Assembly (NCBI GenBank): GCA_965662325.1
Contig: CBFIHW010000003.1
Location: 1-48,640, forward strand
Direction: 5' to 3'
DNA from: an uncultured Pirellulales bacterium
Lineage (GTDB): Bacteria; Planctomycetota; Planctomycetia; Pirellulales; UBA1268
DNA: 48,640 bases
Shown here: positions 17,904-26,936 of the stretch, one piece after another
Layout of the letters: every line of letters starts with the position of its first letter
Numbering within the stretch: the first letter of the stretch is position 1
Program-made: the position numbers and the translations under genes
Notes under the pieces: generated by a model
What the model was told of the DNA's origin: nothing
Seen by the model: only the letters and a program-made list of their open reading frames with translations
The model's database searches: none

Positions 17904-20027
17904 TCAGTACGGGGCTTCCAACGAATTATTGAATGGCTGAATACGAAGCCGCGCGGGCGGCAAGCTCTTGTGAAAAATTTTTCCGTACGGCTTGGTAAGC
18001 ATTCGAGGGTCTAGGATAATTACTCGTCCCCTATCCTCTCGAGTTCGGATCAATCGGCCAAACCCCTGCTTGAGCTTGATTACGGCCTCAGGCAATTGAT
18101 ATTCCGTAAAGGCATTTCCTCCTGCCTGTTTAATCGCCTCGATACGTGCGGCAATGAGTGGACGGTCGGGTACCGCAAAAGGAAGCCGCGGGATAATCAC
18201 CTGAGTGAGCAGGTCGCCAGGAAGATCAATGCCCTGCCAGAAGCCATCTGTACCAAGAAGAATTGCCTGTGGGTTTTCACAAAATTCTTCAAGCATCTGT
18301 CCACGAGAAAGTCCGTTGGCCTGACTCACAAGTCGAATCTGATTGCGAATACAAAATCCATCGAGTTCATCAGACGCTTTGGCAAGTGCTTGGTGACTTG
18401 TAAAGAGCACCATCGTCCTGCCTTGTTGATCAACCACAAAGGAACGAAGCATCTCTGCGACGGCACGATCATACGCGTGTTTACTACTTGGATCTGGCAG
18501 CCGGTTCACAAGAATAAGCTCAGCTTGTGATTCATAATCAAACGGACTATCCAACTGACGCTTAATTGCTGATTCAACACCGAGCCTTTGGCACAAATAA
18601 TGAAAACCTGTCTCGTCGACATCAGGCTCGTACTCTGTATCAGAAGTATCGTGTGACACCCGACTTTGCGTTCCTGTCGAAAGTGTTGCGCTCGTGAGCA
18701 CTACTGTATCTACTTTGCTGAAGAGATCTCGACGCAGAACACCACTTACATCAATTGGTGCACTCGCTAATTTTATACGTGGTGTACCACGGCGACTATT
18801 TGCTAATTCAACCCACCAGACGCTTCCGGGGTCATCCTGTTCCAGCCAGAAACGAATTGACCCAGCCTGTGATGTCAGACGATCTGCGAGCGATTGGAAG
18901 TCCTGTCTTTCGGCATCATTTGAGAGCCGATCTGATACTGCTCGTATCTTTCGCCCTAACGACAGAAGGACATCGCCTAACGTGTCGGGGACAAGTTGGG
19001 GCTCTGAGATTCGCCATGGTCCGTCACCACGATCCGCAACAGCATGAATTATCTCAGAAAAGAAATTCTCTGCGATACGGCGAGCCTGAATAACATCTGG
19101 CCTTACGTCATCCAACTTATAGTGGACAAGCAGACCACGATTTGTCCGCTCGTTGTAAAGCCGTGAAAGGAGCCGCTCAACTGCGACACTTGACAGCCCA
19201 ATACCCAGGTGGTCACTAGCAACTGACTCCACCATGTGTGCTTCATCAAAAATGACAATGTCGTACTCAGGAAGAAGACTTACTCCATTTCGACGCAAAG
19301 CAAGGTCTGAGAAGAAAAGGGCATGATTCACAACAAGGACCTGCGCATTATTCATGCGCCTTCGAGCTGCAAAATAATGGCAGTCACTATACCGGGGGCA
19401 GGCACGGGCCATGCAGTTTCCAGAGTCGCTATGAACTTCCTCCCACACTGAGCCTCGCGGAATTGTTGGCAGATCTGACAACGAACCATCTCGTGTATTT
19501 TCAGACCACTCAAGCAGTCATTCCAATTCCGCGACTTCTTCATCGTGCTGAAACAGACTTCCCTTACGCTCTTTCGCGAGACCCAGCCGACGAAGGCTAA
19601 TGTAATTCCCACGCCCTTTGACCAGCACGGCAGAAAATTCATGTGGCATAACAGAAGACACCACAGGAATGTCTTTCTTCACCAATTGTTCTTGCAATGC
19701 AATAGTGTGAGTTGCGATGATGATCCGACGAGACCCCTTCTGGCTCGGATTCTGTGATTCTTGATCCTCGCGCCCGCTTTTCTGCTGTTGCTCCGGCTGA
19801 CTCTCTTCTTGATGGGCCTGATCAGCCGTAGCGGCCAGCACAGCGGGTATGAGATAGGCAAGGCTTTTGCCAGTTCCAGTCCCAGCCTCGATAACGGCGT
19901 GCTTTTTTTGATCAATTGCTGCCGCAACGAGGTCAGCCATAACAATCTGCTGGGGGCGGGATTCCCAGCCTGAAATGCGAGCAGCAAGGCGACCGTTAGG
20001 CGTTAGAAAAGACGAGGGTGAATCCAT
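17904..20027 (-). pseudogene. DinG/YoaA-family ATP-dependent DNA helicase interrupted by one in-frame TGA (19518-19520)
   Basis: The 5' part has the Q motif (RPQQ), Walker A EAGTGTGKSLAY and KGRGNY. The 3' part has Cys cluster [33 protein letters not shown] and KQGFGRLIR. The two ORFs are in the same frame, 36 nt apart, and read [20 protein letters not shown]. Confidence 0.85.
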
Positions 20028-20166
20028 ACGAACAATCTACACGGAAAGTAGAAACGCCTGATGACAACGGTTGGTAGACTACTCTTTCCTGTTTTGCAGA
20101 TACAGCAGATACATTTCGGCCTTGAATAAAACTGGTAAATTCTCGACGCATACGACAGATATCATT

Positions 20167-21567
20167 ATGAGTGAAAAATCAGACGGAAAAGCCTGGGGTG
20201 GTGTCTTCCGTGTACCAACAGACCAACGAGTTGAATTCTTCTCGGAAAGCGTTTCTTTCGACCAACGGTTGGCTGATGATGACATTGACGGATCAATAGC
20301 ACACTCACAAATGCTTGCGGAGTGTGGGTTGCTCACGCAAGCTGAAGCAGATGCTATTCGGGAAGGTCTTGAAGACATCCGAAAAGACATCCGTGAAGGG
20401 ACATTTCACTTTACTGCCAGTAAAGAAGACATTCACCTTCATATCGAATCTGCACTTACGGAAAAGCTGGGGGATACAGGTCGTAAACTCCATACTGCCC
20501 GAAGTCGGAATGATCAGGTCGCCACAGATCTTCGTCTCTTTTGCAGACGTGCTATAGATCGAATCGATGCTGCCATCCTTGAGTTACAAAAAGCCTTCCT
20601 TGAGATGGGTGAACGAGAACGCGATCTCATCATACCCGCGTACACACACCTTCGACGGGCACAACCTGTTCTTGCAGCACACCAGCTATTGGTATGGTGT
20701 GAAAAATTTGATCGTGACCGACAACGGCTTGCTGGTTGTCGACAGCGAACAAACATCATGCCGTTAGGTTCAGCAGCTCTTGCTGGTACAAGTCTGCCAA
20801 TTGATCGATCAAAAACACAGACCGCACTCGGGTTTGATGCAATCGCTCCAAATAGCGTTGATGCTGCGAGCGATCGAGACTTCGTCTGTGAACTGGCGTT
20901 TGTCCTCTCGCTGACCGCAGTGCATCTCTCGCAGTGGGCGGAAGAGTGGATTATCTACAGTACCGATGAGTTCGGCTTTCTCAAACTCCCGGAAGCATTC
21001 TGCACTGGCAGTTCCATCATGCCTCAAAAGATTAATCCGGATGTACTTGAACTGGTGCGTGGAAAGTCTGCACGAGCGATTAGTAACGTTCAGCAAATTC
21101 TTGTGTTACTCAAAGGACTTCCAACTGCTTACAACCGAGATCTGCAAGAGGACAAGGAGGCTGTCTTCGATTCGATTGACACGCTTGAGATGATGCTTGG
21201 TGTCGCTGCTCCGCTTGTAGCTGACACACATTTCGATCGAGAACGAATCGATGAATCAATTGAAAAAGGACATCTTGATGCAACGACCCTCATGGAAGCA
21301 CTCATAGTTGAAGGTGTGCCGCAGCGGACCGCGCACGAAACCGTTGGCAAACTGGTACGACTTGCCCTGACAAAAGGGTGCAGCCTGGCTGAACTTACTG
21401 ATGATGCCTGTCGGGCAGAATATAACGGCTGGAAGGCCTCTCTAAGGCAGGCTTTGGGGTCCTCACGGGCAGTTGAACGGATGGTGAGTTTTGGCTCGAC
21501 TGCTCCGGCTTGTGTTGCCGAACAACTTGCTGCGTGGCGGCAGAAATTGGAGACTGCCGCGAAGTAA
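20167..21567 (+). CDS. argH: Argininosuccinate lyase
   Basis: WGGVF, KLHTARSRNDQVATD, YTHLRRAQP, TGSSIMPQKINPD and YNRDLQEDKE. Confidence 0.97.
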   Translation: MSEKSDGKAWGGVFRVPTDQRVEFFSESVSFDQRLADDDIDGSIAHSQMLAECGLLTQAEADAIREGLEDIRKDIREGTFHFTASKEDIHLHIESALTEKLGDTGRKLHTARSRNDQVATDLRLFCRRAIDRIDAAILELQKAFLEMGERERDLIIPAYTHLRRAQPVLAAHQLLVWCEKFDRDRQRLAGCRQRTNIMPLGSAALAGTSLPIDRSKTQTALGFDAIAPNSVDAASDRDFVCELAFVLSLTAVHLSQWAEEWIIYSTDEFGFLKLPEAFCTGSSIMPQKINPDVLELVRGKSARAISNVQQILVLLKGLPTAYNRDLQEDKEAVFDSIDTLEMMLGVAAPLVADTHFDRERIDESIEKGHLDATTLMEALIVEGVPQRTAHETVGKLVRLALTKGCSLAELTDDACRAEYNGWKASLRQALGSSRAVERMVSFGSTAPACVAEQLAAWRQKLETAAK

Positions 21568-21593
21568 GTTCGTAGGTAGTTGAAGGACGGCAC

Positions 21594-24068
21594 GTGGCTA
21601 GACAAGGTTGGCTCACCCGGTGGTTATCTTTTGGGATTTTTGTGGTCCTTTCTGCACCAGCTTTCGCAGAAACAACTGAAGACAAGAAGCGTTCTGACCC
21701 GCTTGACCCCTTTCAATGGGCCGTTGTCGATTCCCTGAGATACCCGATACGGACGACCCCTCAGGAACTCCTTGAAGCCGCAATACGTGCGGCCTCTGTT
21801 GAGGCTCTTGATCCCACCACAGAGTTTCTCGAACAATTCGACGAAGCCCTGGCAAAAGAGCCCGATCAAGACGCAACTCTTGCGCAACTTGGTGAGTATT
21901 TTCAGACTGCTGAACTGAGTCGTCTCGAGAGATTTCTCAAGCATGCTGCTCACCCAGAACAGGCAGATGCAATAGCGTTCCTCATTGATGGCATGCTAAA
22001 CGCTGCTCAGAGAAGAAGAACCGATACTTCGAGACTGAAACAAGCCGCAATTAATTTGGGCTCTGATAATATTTTCTCACGGCAACAAGCTGCTACTACG
22101 CTGATGGAGGGCGGAACATATGCACTTCCAATGCTCATTGATATTCTCAGGGAAACCGTTCCTGCCAACGACGAAACACCTTTATCTAAGGCCGATTTGC
22201 GGACGAGAAAGCTTGCTGAAACAATTATTGAAGACTCCGGAGAACGAGGTGTTCGAGCACTCACCGCTTGGCTCGGCTCTGATGATTTCCAACGGTTCCC
22301 GGAAATCATTCATGCTCTAAGTATCCTCGTTGATTCCGGATGCTTACCAGCCGGAGAGGAAACGAATCCTCATGCCGCCGCAAACTTAGATTTGGCAAGC
22401 GTTCTCTTTGCACCAGCTTGTATTCCTGAATTCAGTAGAGCAACACGAGAGGCGGCGTTGCAGCTCTTGGTCAAACTTGAACACCAAGGGTACACAGACT
22501 TTGGAGGCAAGCCGTTTACTCAGGACCTTGCCTGCCAGATGCTTACCGCAAAACTTGATCAACTCCTCACGCCAGCCGGGATTCCAGTTCCTGACAGCCT
22601 TACCGAGGGTGAAGCATCGATTACAAGCCCAAGACCTACGGTGGAGCAGTATCTTTGGGTTGCACAAACGAGCCGACCTGAGATTCGCTATCTGCCGCCT
22701 GTTGCTTGTCGAAGTCTTCGAGCTGGACATATTGCACGAGATCTTTCTGGACTCGGATGTGTACATCCACGCACCGTACGTCTCGTACTTTTAGCGCAAT
22801 CCGAAGCCCTACTGGTTTTCCAGAACGACCATTTTTCAGCTTTAAATGCTCTTCCCCCTGAAGCACTAACAGAAACATTAAGCGGGCCGGATGGGTTTTC
22901 TACAGAATTAGCAGCACAAGTCCTTGATGGTGCTCTCGACCGGTCTATGCAACTTGCTGCGGCAGTAGCGGCGAAAGCAATACGTGAATCATCCATCAAT
23001 AAACCGGCTCCAATTTCTGCAATTCGGCCACCTCTTGTTCGCGCGCTGACAGCTCCTTCAACACTGGTTCAATTCGAGGCTTCACAAACACTCGCTACCG
23101 TTTCACCACAACTTCCTTTCTCCGGCTCGAGTCAGCTCTTAGATCGACTGATCTACTTTGCATCCTCACGTGGTACAGACCAAGTCGTTATTACGTATCC
23201 AAATCATGACACTGCGGAGTTGCTTAGAAGCAGTATTTCCCGATTTGGATTTGAAGCATCGATTGCCTTAAGCGGCCGTTCGTGTATTCAAGAAATTCGA
23301 CAATCACCGGACGTACGTCTGGTGATCCTTTCTGCTCGTCTACCGGATCTGAGTGCTCCGGAAGTTGTCCAGTTATTACAACAAGAATCACTTGGCGAAC
23401 AATTACCAGTACTTGTAATACTTGATCCTCTTGATGACGATAAAGCATGTCGTCGACGCACCCGTCTTGTATTGAGTCTTGCTGATTTTGATAACGCCCT
23501 GCTAACAGACAGGCTCGAGAGTCAATTCTTTCCGACTATTCATCAGCCAGGAACAGCGGATGAGTCCATCAGCCCGCCACGGTTTCCAGAGACACTCACT
23601 CGTATCGCTGGCCCACAGACGATTGACCCAAGCTGGCGACAAGCACAGGCAAACCATCGTCTTCAGCGTGCCCATATAGCCCTGCATACACTCACGCAAC
23701 TCAGCACCCTCGGATGGGATGTCCGGCGTGCTTGGCCTGTCGCCCAGAATGGCATCAGGCATGCTAAAACGTTTGAGCCGGCAATGAGATTACTGGCAAA
23801 CATACCTAGCCCGAATGCCCAACAGGCACTTTTTGACTTGGCATGGGCACCAGATTTAGGCAAAAACGTTCGTGAAATGGCAGTTGGGACTCTTGGTGAA
23901 AGTATTCGATCCCACGGTATTCTTCTGACAAACAGTACCTTACGAATCGTCAATGATATGTACAATAGCTCCAGTCGAGGAGGTGATTCTTCGATAGACC
24001 GTTCCCTCGTTGCCCTTTTCCGACTGCCAAGACAATCAGCGGCTGCCGATGCTCAGGAAACCAACTGA
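21594..24068 (+). CDS. Exported HEAT-repeat-like protein with a degenerate receiver (CheY-like) domain
   Basis: Signal peptide ending APAFA, HEAT-like helices (PPLVRALTAPSTLVQFEASQTL) and a REC-like segment at about 23175-23426. Confidence 0.65.
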   Translation: MARQGWLTRWLSFGIFVVLSAPAFAETTEDKKRSDPLDPFQWAVVDSLRYPIRTTPQELLEAAIRAASVEALDPTTEFLEQFDEALAKEPDQDATLAQLGEYFQTAELSRLERFLKHAAHPEQADAIAFLIDGMLNAAQRRRTDTSRLKQAAINLGSDNIFSRQQAATTLMEGGTYALPMLIDILRETVPANDETPLSKADLRTRKLAETIIEDSGERGVRALTAWLGSDDFQRFPEIIHALSILVDSGCLPAGEETNPHAAANLDLASVLFAPACIPEFSRATREAALQLLVKLEHQGYTDFGGKPFTQDLACQMLTAKLDQLLTPAGIPVPDSLTEGEASITSPRPTVEQYLWVAQTSRPEIRYLPPVACRSLRAGHIARDLSGLGCVHPRTVRLVLLAQSEALLVFQNDHFSALNALPPEALTETLSGPDGFSTELAAQVLDGALDRSMQLAAAVAAKAIRESSINKPAPISAIRPPLVRALTAPSTLVQFEASQTLATVSPQLPFSGSSQLLDRLIYFASSRGTDQVVITYPNHDTAELLRSSISRFGFEASIALSGRSCIQEIRQSPDVRLVILSARLPDLSAPEVVQLLQQESLGEQLPVLVILDPLDDDKACRRRTRLVLSLADFDNALLTDRLESQFFPTIHQPGTADESISPPRFPETLTRIAGPQTIDPSWRQAQANHRLQRAHIALHTLTQLSTLGWDVRRAWPVAQNGIRHAKTFEPAMRLLANIPSPNAQQALFDLAWAPDLGKNVREMAVGTLGESIRSHGILLTNSTLRIVNDMYNSSSRGGDSSIDRSLVALFRLPRQSAAADAQETN

Positions 24069-25107
24069 CGACTGCCCACAATCTATAGCAGGCTTCATCG
24101 GAACAAGTCCTGCCATGCAAGAGGTCTACGCCATGACCCACCGTGTGGCAGCCTCAACCGCGTCTGTCCTCCTCGTTGGTGAAACGGGTACAGGCAAGGA
24201 ACTTATTGCACGTGCCATCCACGAACTCTCGCAGCGTGGAAGCGGACCGTTTGTCCGGGTGAATTGTGGAGCTCTGTCGGAAAGCCTTTTAGAGAGCGAG
24301 TTATTCGGACATGTTCGCGGATCCTTTACTGGAGCCGTAGCAAATAGAGCCGGCCGGTTTGAGGCCGCGCATACGGGAACAATTTTTCTCGATGAAATTA
24401 ACTCAACAACACCGAAACTTCAGGTAAAACTACTCCGTGTTCTACAAGAACGTGAATTCGAACGTGTTGGAGATACCGAAACCATTCAGGTCGACACTCG
24501 CGTGATAGCTGCGAGCAATCGAGAACTTCTTGATGAGGTTGCAAAAGAAACTTTCCGAGAGGACCTGTACTACCGACTGAACGTGGTACCAATTTACCTA
24601 CCACCACTTCGTGGAAGGCGGACCGACATTCCCCTTCTTGTTGAATACTTCCTGCAAACCTATTGTCATGAAAATGCTCGCGATACTATGACAATACACC
24701 CATCTGCAATGGAGGCCCTGACCCGACATCATTGGCCGGGTAATGTTCGTGAACTACAAAACGTTGTTGAACGATGTGTGATTATGTCCGACGGTAGTGA
24801 GCTTACGCTTGAAATTTTACCACCAGCATTTCGTGGCGAGCAGTCTGCTGTTGCCATGCCCGGCCGGGGCGGCGATCTCGACAGCCTTGCACGTGATCTT
24901 GTTGAACAGGGCATGGCATCCGCACCAGACGGCGATGTGAATCTGTTTGATCGGGTTGTCAGCCGTGTTGAAAGAGAACTCATCGCCCAGATGCTCGCAG
25001 CCTGCGATGGGGTACAACTCAAGGCAGCTGCAAGATTGGGAATTAATCGGAATACGCTAAGAAAGAAGCTGCTCGAACACGGACTCGACGAGTCAACTGA
25101 AGAGTGA
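24049..25107 (+). CDS. Sigma-54-dependent Fis-family transcriptional activator without an N-terminal regulatory domain
   Basis: GETGTGKE, ESELFGHVRGSFTGA, FLDEI, FREDLYYRLNV, WPGNVREL and C-terminal HTH AAARLGINRNTLRKKL. Confidence 0.93.
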   Translation: MLRKPTDDCPQSIAGFIGTSPAMQEVYAMTHRVAASTASVLLVGETGTGKELIARAIHELSQRGSGPFVRVNCGALSESLLESELFGHVRGSFTGAVANRAGRFEAAHTGTIFLDEINSTTPKLQVKLLRVLQEREFERVGDTETIQVDTRVIAASNRELLDEVAKETFREDLYYRLNVVPIYLPPLRGRRTDIPLLVEYFLQTYCHENARDTMTIHPSAMEALTRHHWPGNVRELQNVVERCVIMSDGSELTLEILPPAFRGEQSAVAMPGRGGDLDSLARDLVEQGMASAPDGDVNLFDRVVSRVERELIAQMLAACDGVQLKAAARLGINRNTLRKKLLEHGLDESTEE

Positions 25108-25174
25108 ATGCTCCCGGCAGGCCTTCGTGTTGGCAGCACAAGCGGACTGAACATCAGACTCGCATGTTCTGCTC

Positions 25175-26140
25175 CTAGGCTTCAGCCATCTCACGGGCAT
25201 GATAGCTCGACCGAACAAGAGGACCTGACGCAACTTGCTGAAAACCCATGCGACGGGCAACTTCACCAAGCTCATCAAATTCATCTGGATGGACATATCG
25301 ATCAACCGGCAGACTGTCGAGTGTCGGTTGTAGGTATTGACCAAGTGTCAGGAAGTCAACACCGTGACTCAATAAATCAGCAAATACTTGGAGCAGTTCT
25401 TCTCGTGTTTCTCCAAGCCCGAGCATTAATCCACTTTTTGTCTTCGTATCAGGCATGATTTTTTTAGTATCTGCAAGTAGTGTGAGGGTCCACTCATATA
25501 CACTCTTGCGTCCACGAACTTGTCTGTAGAGTCGTGGCACTGTTTCAGTGTTGTGATTAAAGACATCAGGACGACTCTCAAGTAGTTGCTCTAGGGCACC
25601 AGGCTTGCCAATAAAATCAGGAACCAGCACTTCGATTGATGCCCCGGTTGCCTGTCTGACAGCCTCAACGGTTCTCCGGAAATGTTCTGCACCACCATCA
25701 GGCAAATCATCTCGGGTCACGCTCGTAATCACTACATGTTTCAAACCAAGACGTCTTGCTGCCTCAGCGACGCGTTCTGGCTCATCATCTTCAAGTTCTT
25801 CTGTCTTCCCTTTTGGCACTGAGCAAAAGCCACATGGACGTGTGCAAACGTTGCCGAGAATCATGAATGTTGCTGTCCCTGAAGACCAACATTCTAATCG
25901 ATTGGGGCACTTCGCGGACGAGCAGACTGTTTCCAAATCAAGTTCAGCAATCAGTCCGGCTGTTTCTCCGTGTCCACCTCCCTCACCAAGATTCTGCCGC
26001 AACCACGGCGGAAGCCGACGTGAGACAAGCATCGAGGGCTCAGGAGCAGTTGAACAACCAGATTGCTCTGGAGAAGTTTGCTCGTTGAGTATCGGCAACA
26101 GATTTTCGGTACTCGTTGAAATTATTTCATTCTTCGACAC
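25175..26140 (-). CDS. lipA: Lipoyl synthase
   Basis: CSSAKCPNRLEC (CX4CX5C), radical-SAM CTRPCGFC, FNHNTETV, GQYLQP and RSSY. Start placed at GTG 26140, preceded by GAGGA and just downstream of the lipB-like stop. Confidence 0.95.
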   Translation of the reverse strand: MSKNEIISTSTENLLPILNEQTSPEQSGCSTAPEPSMLVSRRLPPWLRQNLGEGGGHGETAGLIAELDLETVCSSAKCPNRLECWSSGTATFMILGNVCTRPCGFCSVPKGKTEELEDDEPERVAEAARRLGLKHVVITSVTRDDLPDGGAEHFRRTVEAVRQATGASIEVLVPDFIGKPGALEQLLESRPDVFNHNTETVPRLYRQVRGRKSVYEWTLTLLADTKKIMPDTKTKSGLMLGLGETREELLQVFADLLSHGVDFLTLGQYLQPTLDSLPVDRYVHPDEFDELGEVARRMGFQQVASGPLVRSSYHAREMAEA

Positions 26141-26150
26141 GGATTCGTCC

Positions 26151-26936
26151 TCAGGCACTCTGATTTGTTCGAATATGCGGTGATGGGTCAGCATTTTGTG
26201 AAATTGGTACGCCAGACTGAATGGAGACATCTCCACACCCAAATGCATCTGCCAATGACTGAACAATCGCGGTGCGGGCATCTTGCAAACGCACCTTACG
26301 ACGGATTTCCGCCTGCACTGATCCCATCGTACGCTTCTTGATACCTGTGGCGACAGGCACGGTATCAATCCGGCGATAAAGACACAAATCAGGACAGACA
26401 TTCACAAAACCACCGTGCCAGACAACTCCGCGACGGACTGCAAAACTTACAGCAGCAACCAGCCCTGACCGACCAAAAATTCCTGGCTGACGTGAGTCAC
26501 GAGCCGTGGAACACCTGAGGCTTTGAATAGCTGATTCAAGACCAAACTCAAATCGTTCAAGAAAACCACCGATATCATACGACGAAAGACCAAGTTTTCT
26601 CAGAGGAGCAAACAGGGCAATGCCAACCTGCCCTGGTCCGTGAAGCACAGCACCACCACCACGACCGACGAAACGTACTGCAATGCCTTTCCTTGCCAAT
26701 TCATCAGAAGGAATGTCAATGTCGGTGTGTGACCCAAGCCGCCCAATCGTAATTCCGGTGGCTGGCTCATAAACAACAAGTGTTGGAGATCGTCCATTTG
26801 GCTCTGAAACATCCCAGGCAATCCGCTCGGCCATGCTTTGGTAGGCTTCTTGCTGAAGACGTCCTGCAAGCCATACGCTCAATGATCGCTGACTTTCATT
26901 TGGACTGCGACAATATTTTTTTCTGGATGACGACAT
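26151..26936 (-). CDS. LipB-like (octanoyltransferase fold) protein with degenerate active site
   Basis: GRGGGAVLHGPGQ and AVRRGVVWHGGFVNV match LipB, but the catalytic Lys (KIxSIG) and PCG cysteine motifs are not present. Confidence 0.8.
   Translation of the reverse strand: MSSSRKKYCRSPNESQRSLSVWLAGRLQQEAYQSMAERIAWDVSEPNGRSPTLVVYEPATGITIGRLGSHTDIDIPSDELARKGIAVRFVGRGGGAVLHGPGQVGIALFAPLRKLGLSSYDIGGFLERFEFGLESAIQSLRCSTARDSRQPGIFGRSGLVAAVSFAVRRGVVWHGGFVNVCPDLCLYRRIDTVPVATGIKKRTMGSVQAEIRRKVRLQDARTAIVQSLADAFGCGDVSIQSGVPISQNADPSPHIRTNQSA

Noticed and set aside
19470-19520. Selenocysteine recoding of the helicase TGA
   Set aside because: The position is in a helical segment not expected to be Cys. 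The downstream sequence contains GGTCTG but forms no SECIS-like stem.
25605-26183. Long antisense ORFs (this one, and 13933-14523, 29128-29676, 37843-38394, 48063-48551)
   Set aside because: They lie opposite well-supported genes and show no recognisable motifs, consistent with shadow ORFs.
26141-26401. N-terminal extension of the lipA ORF
   Set aside because: It overlaps the lipB-like gene in another frame. GTG 26140 has a Shine-Dalgarno and gives a normal LipA length.
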